Shown: positions 61,233 to 64,000 of the stretch, piece after piece
How the letters are laid out: the number at the start of each line of letters is the position of its first letter
How positions within the stretch are numbered: the first letter of the stretch is position 1
Assembly: GCA_030679145.1 (NCBI GenBank)
Contig: JAUXTU010000047.1
Coordinates: 12,018 to 76,017 of the forward strand
Direction of reading: 5' to 3'
DNA: 64,000 nt
Origin: Bacteroidota bacterium
GTDB lineage: Bacteria > Bacteroidota > Ignavibacteria > UBA10030 > UBA8401
The notes under the pieces: generated by a model
Seen by the model: the letters and a program-made list of their open reading frames with translations, nothing else
Databases searched by the model: none
What the model was told of the DNA's origin: nothing
Program-made: the position numbers and the translations under genes

Positions 61233-61379
61233 ATTTTTTCTTTAATAAACAATTAACAGTTACCAATTACCAATATGATATTACTGAAATTCTCGACATT
61301 GATTTTCTGGTAATTGGTTATTGATCATTGTTAATTGTCCGTAATTATTTTAATAAGTTTTTCGCAATCACCATCTTCT
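61178..61379. repeat. 202-bp direct repeat, copy 1
   Basis: Carboxylase 5' end + spacer with inverted heptamer arms + acyl-CoA dehydrogenase 3'-end remnant; colinear with 62056-62257. Confidence 0.92.
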
Positions 61380-61383
61380 ATCA

Positions 61384-61560
61384 CTATTTCTTTCGCGAAG
61401 AATAATGTGCCGATGGTTCAGCGATCCGATATTTTCCAACGCTTCTTTTTGTTTCACTTTCTTTGAAATCGTCGTATATCTTTTTAAGATCAAATTTAAA
61501 TTTTTTTGCATGCGCCTCGCGCTGTTTTCGAACTTCTTCTACAATAGGATCTTTTTTCAT
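61384..61560 (-). CDS. 58-aa putative partner/antitoxin downstream of the PIN gene
   Basis: Below the ORF-track cutoff. Manual translation: MKKDPIVEEVRKQREAHAKKFKFDLKKIYDDFKESETKRSVGKYRIAEPSAHYSSRKK*. GGAG RBS lies in the end of the PIN gene. Confidence 0.78.
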   Translation of the reverse strand: MKKDPIVEEVRKQREAHAKKFKFDLKKIYDDFKESETKRSVGKYRIAEPSAHYSSRKK

Positions 61561-61561
61561 A

Positions 61562-62035
61562 TTATTCTCCGAATAGTTCTAAGGGAGTGCAAAGAATTGG
61601 AAGTTCATAACCAAGTGAAAAGGCAATTTTTGATAACTCCTTTTGAATTGACGCATTTGCAATATGTGCACAATTCCAACTTAATAAATAATCAACATGA
61701 TGAACTGTTGCAACGGAAATGTGCAATGCATCTTCAGAAGCTTTCTTAGGCATTGAACTTAATTTCATAAAACTTTCTGCAACTGACAATACTTCATTCT
61801 TCATCGGTAAGATATTACACTCCGATGCATAGGAAAATCTTTTCCTTGCTGCCGCAACATCACCTCTTCCTGCTTCGCGCAAGACAATTTCAGAGACGTA
61901 CAATTCAAATTTTGTTGATTCCGTCCTCCACCAATCTTTTGTTACAGTTTGATGCGCAGAAACAATTTTATTTGCACTCGTTCTTGCAGCAAGATAACTC
62001 AACACCGATGTTTCGATATATACTTTCTGTTTCAT
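61562..62035 (-). CDS. PIN-domain (VapC-like) toxin
   Basis: VYIETSVLSYL, SEIVLRE, EDALHI and LLSWNCAHI..TPLEL. Confidence 0.88.
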   Translation of the reverse strand: MKQKVYIETSVLSYLAARTSANKIVSAHQTVTKDWWRTESTKFELYVSEIVLREAGRGDVAAARKRFSYASECNILPMKNEVLSVAESFMKLSSMPKKASEDALHISVATVHHVDYLLSWNCAHIANASIQKELSKIAFSLGYELPILCTPLELFGE

Positions 62036-62055
62036 TTATGTTTATACCGTTAATT

Positions 62056-62257
62056 CTTCGTTCCGTTTGAAGGCTTCGTCTTTTTTTATTTCAGAACCTA
62101 TTCGTGCCATATTTTTTCTTCAATGAACAATTAACAGTTACCAATTACCAATATAATAGCACTGAAATTCTCGATATTGATTTTCTGGTAATTGGTTATT
62201 GATCATTGTTAATTGTCCATAATTATTTCAATAGACTCTTCGCAATCACCATCTTCT
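62056..62257. repeat. 202-bp direct repeat, copy 2
   Basis: Holds the functional dehydrogenase end and a truncated carboxylase start (MARIGSEIKKDEAFKRNEELTV*). Confidence 0.92.
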
Positions 62258-63398
62258 GCACTTCGCTGGTTCCTTCGCCGATCGTCAGCAGTTTCACGTC
62301 GCGGTAGAATTTCTCTACCGGAAAATCTTTCGTGAAGCCGTAGCCGCCGTGGATCTGCACCGCTTCGCCCGATGCGCGCGTGGCGACTTCGCTCGCAAAA
62401 TATTTCGCCTGCGCCGCTTCAAGGTTCACATCTTTTCCTTCCATTCTCATCGACGCAGCTTTGTGTGTAAGCAGACGAGCCGCTTCGATCTCCATCGCCA
62501 TATCGGCAATTTTGAATTGGATCCCTTGGTTATCTCCGATCGGTTTGCCAAACTGCACACGCTCTTTTGCATATTTAATGCTCGCTTCCATTGCACCCTG
62601 CGCAAGACCGACCGACAGCGCGGCAATGCCAATTCTTCCGCCGTCGAGAACGCTCAGCGCCTGCTTAAATCCTTCACCAACATTCCCGATCAAATTTTCT
62701 GCAGGAATGCGAACATTTTCAAAATTCAGCGATGCCGTTTCACTGCAGCGCATTCCAAGTTTATTTTCCTTTTTACCGGAGGAAAATCCGGGCGTTCCTT
62801 TTTCAACAATGAATGCCGAGATCGATTTGTTCTTTGTCTTATCCGTTACCGCAAGAACAACAAACGTATCGCCCGAAATTCCGTGTGTAATAAAATTCTT
62901 GCTTCCGTTGATCACCCACTCGTTTCCCTCTTTCACTGCAAATGTTCTCATTCCTCCCGCATCGCTTCCGGAAAACGCTTCGGTCAAACCCCAGCCGCCG
63001 AGTTTTTTCCCGCTGCAGAGATCGGGAAGATATTTTTTCTTCAACGCTTCATTGGCAAAATTATAGATGTGACTGACGCAGAGTCCGTTGTGCGCGCAAA
63101 GACCAAGCGCAACTGATGGATCGACCTTTGCGATCTCTTCGATGATGACCGTGAAGTCGAGCACCGAAAGCCCTGCGCCGCCGTATTCTTCGGGATAATA
63201 TGCGCCGAGAAAACCAAGCTCCGCCATCTTCGCAAAGATCGCTTTCGGAAATTCTTGCGACTCATCGTACTTCATTACGTGCGGTTTGATCTCTTTTTCG
63301 GCAAAGTCGCGCGCCATTTGCTGAACCATTATCATTTGTTCAGTTGCCCGGCTATTGTATTGCGGGGGTTGTGGAAAACTCATTGCTGCTTCGGACAT
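62223..63398 (-). CDS. Acyl-CoA dehydrogenase
   Basis: GLTEAFSGSDA, NGSKNFIT, LDGGRIGIAA, ERVQFGK, QIHGGYG and IGEGTSEVQ. Start set at MSEAAM; the longer ORF reads through a palindromic repeat. Confidence 0.94.
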   Translation of the reverse strand: MSEAAMSFPQPPQYNSRATEQMIMVQQMARDFAEKEIKPHVMKYDESQEFPKAIFAKMAELGFLGAYYPEEYGGAGLSVLDFTVIIEEIAKVDPSVALGLCAHNGLCVSHIYNFANEALKKKYLPDLCSGKKLGGWGLTEAFSGSDAGGMRTFAVKEGNEWVINGSKNFITHGISGDTFVVLAVTDKTKNKSISAFIVEKGTPGFSSGKKENKLGMRCSETASLNFENVRIPAENLIGNVGEGFKQALSVLDGGRIGIAALSVGLAQGAMEASIKYAKERVQFGKPIGDNQGIQFKIADMAMEIEAARLLTHKAASMRMEGKDVNLEAAQAKYFASEVATRASGEAVQIHGGYGFTKDFPVEKFYRDVKLLTIGEGTSEVQKMVIAKSLLK

Positions 63399-63443
63399 GC
63401 GTGTTCCTTCATATGTTTGATGAAGATTAATTGAAAATCTACC

Positions 63444-63527
63444 CGTCATCCCGAACCCTGAACAAAATCTTTTCAGGGCAGGCTTGTTTCGGGATCCATA
63501 AGATGCTGAAACAAGTTCAGCATGACG
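63444..63527. repeat. GTCAT-family palindromic element with a nested 27-bp hairpin insert
   Basis: GTCATCCCGAA[CCCTGAACAAAATCTTTTCAGGGCAGG]CTTGTTTCGGGATC...GATGCTGAAACAAGTTCAGCATGAC. Confidence 0.75.
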
Positions 63528-63628
63528 AAAACTCACGAGCGTAAATTCAAAACGCCAGGCTCCGCTATGTTTTAGCCAATACCAGACGTTGGTGTATGAA
63601 AATAGAAAAGGCGGGCTTGAAGTGCAAT

Positions 63629-64000
63629 TTAAATTATAGTAAACCCAATTTCTTTTAGATAATCAAAAGTAGGATCATAGAATTCTTGTTTTCGAGTTGG
63701 ATCTTCTATATCTCCATTTGGGACAACAATGATCATTCCTTGTCGAGCACGGGTTAACAACACCCGGTATGCGTTCTTCTGATAATTTCTTCTCTCTTCA
63801 CTTTTAATATTATTCCATCGATTACCACGAAAAGATTTATTAATCCAACCATTTTTGGAATATCTAAAATCTGCATCCCAAGTAATGCAAGTCCAATCAA
63901 GTTCTAATCCTTGTACGTCAAATTCTGTGGCAACATCTTCAAGATAGTATGATGATCGAACATCATCTTTTTCGTTTAAAAACCAATTAACAGGTTTCAT
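63629..64000 (-). CDS. DUF2075 (Schlafen-like helicase) protein, C-terminal part
   Basis: ATEFDVQGLELDW and YRVLLTRARQGM; probably starts beyond the window end. Confidence 0.8.
   Translation of the reverse strand: MKPVNWFLNEKDDVRSSYYLEDVATEFDVQGLELDWTCITWDADFRYSKNGWINKSFRGNRWNNIKSEERRNYQKNAYRVLLTRARQGMIIVVPNGDIEDPTRKQEFYDPTFDYLKEIGFTII

Noticed and set aside
62349-63116. Long plus-strand ORFs of 255 and 228 aa
   Set aside because: Antisense shadows of the GC-richer acyl-CoA dehydrogenase.
63399-63536. N-terminal extension of the acyl-CoA dehydrogenase
   Set aside because: It is a translation of the palindromic repeat; a better start lies at 63398.
63540-63628. attC-like site after the DUF2075 gene
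   Set aside because: Only a CCAAC resemblance; no complementary GTT box or paired arms.
1-64000. CRISPR arrays, tRNA, rRNA, IS transposases or integrases
   Set aside because: No regularly spaced repeat-spacer array, cloverleaf or recombinase motif was found by eye.

Overview
Chromosomal window from an FCB-group bacterium, most likely Ignavibacteria-like. The basis is T9SS C-terminal domains of the 'LSQNYPNPFNPTT' type, a short RpoD and parA-parB-DUF5683 synteny. Layout: (1) 1-17.2 kb is a minus-strand, LacI-controlled sugar locus (LacI, GH3, GRP-type transporter, ribokinase, two paralogous T9SS CBM9-like proteins, GH65, SGNH esterase, partial TonB-dependent receptor) with a diverged internal tandem duplication. 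(2) 17.6-29.7 kb is a minus-strand envelope/signalling cluster (CHASE2 adenylate cyclase, SH3-M48 protease, beta-propeller, MltC, three LPP20-like proteins, PrsW, YfaP-like protein) interrupted by a GxxExxY gene inside perfect inverted repeats. (3) 30-64 kb is mostly housekeeping (maeB, parAB, fluC, fmt, def, rpoD, deoB, hisS, lgt, rlmB, corA, acyl-CoA carboxylase and dehydrogenase) with two PIN modules and several palindromic or heptamer repeat families. Most notable: (a) an IR-flanked GxxExxY element plus a gene-less copy built from the same 9-bp subunit; (b) two accessory cassettes flanked by diverged direct repeats whose non-functional gene fragments differ mostly at synonymous sites; (c) heptamer repeat arms inside coding sequence; (d) the putative cAMP/peptidoglycan/protease cluster. 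No rRNA, tRNA or CRISPR array was seen. All product calls come from motif recognition by eye, not database searches.
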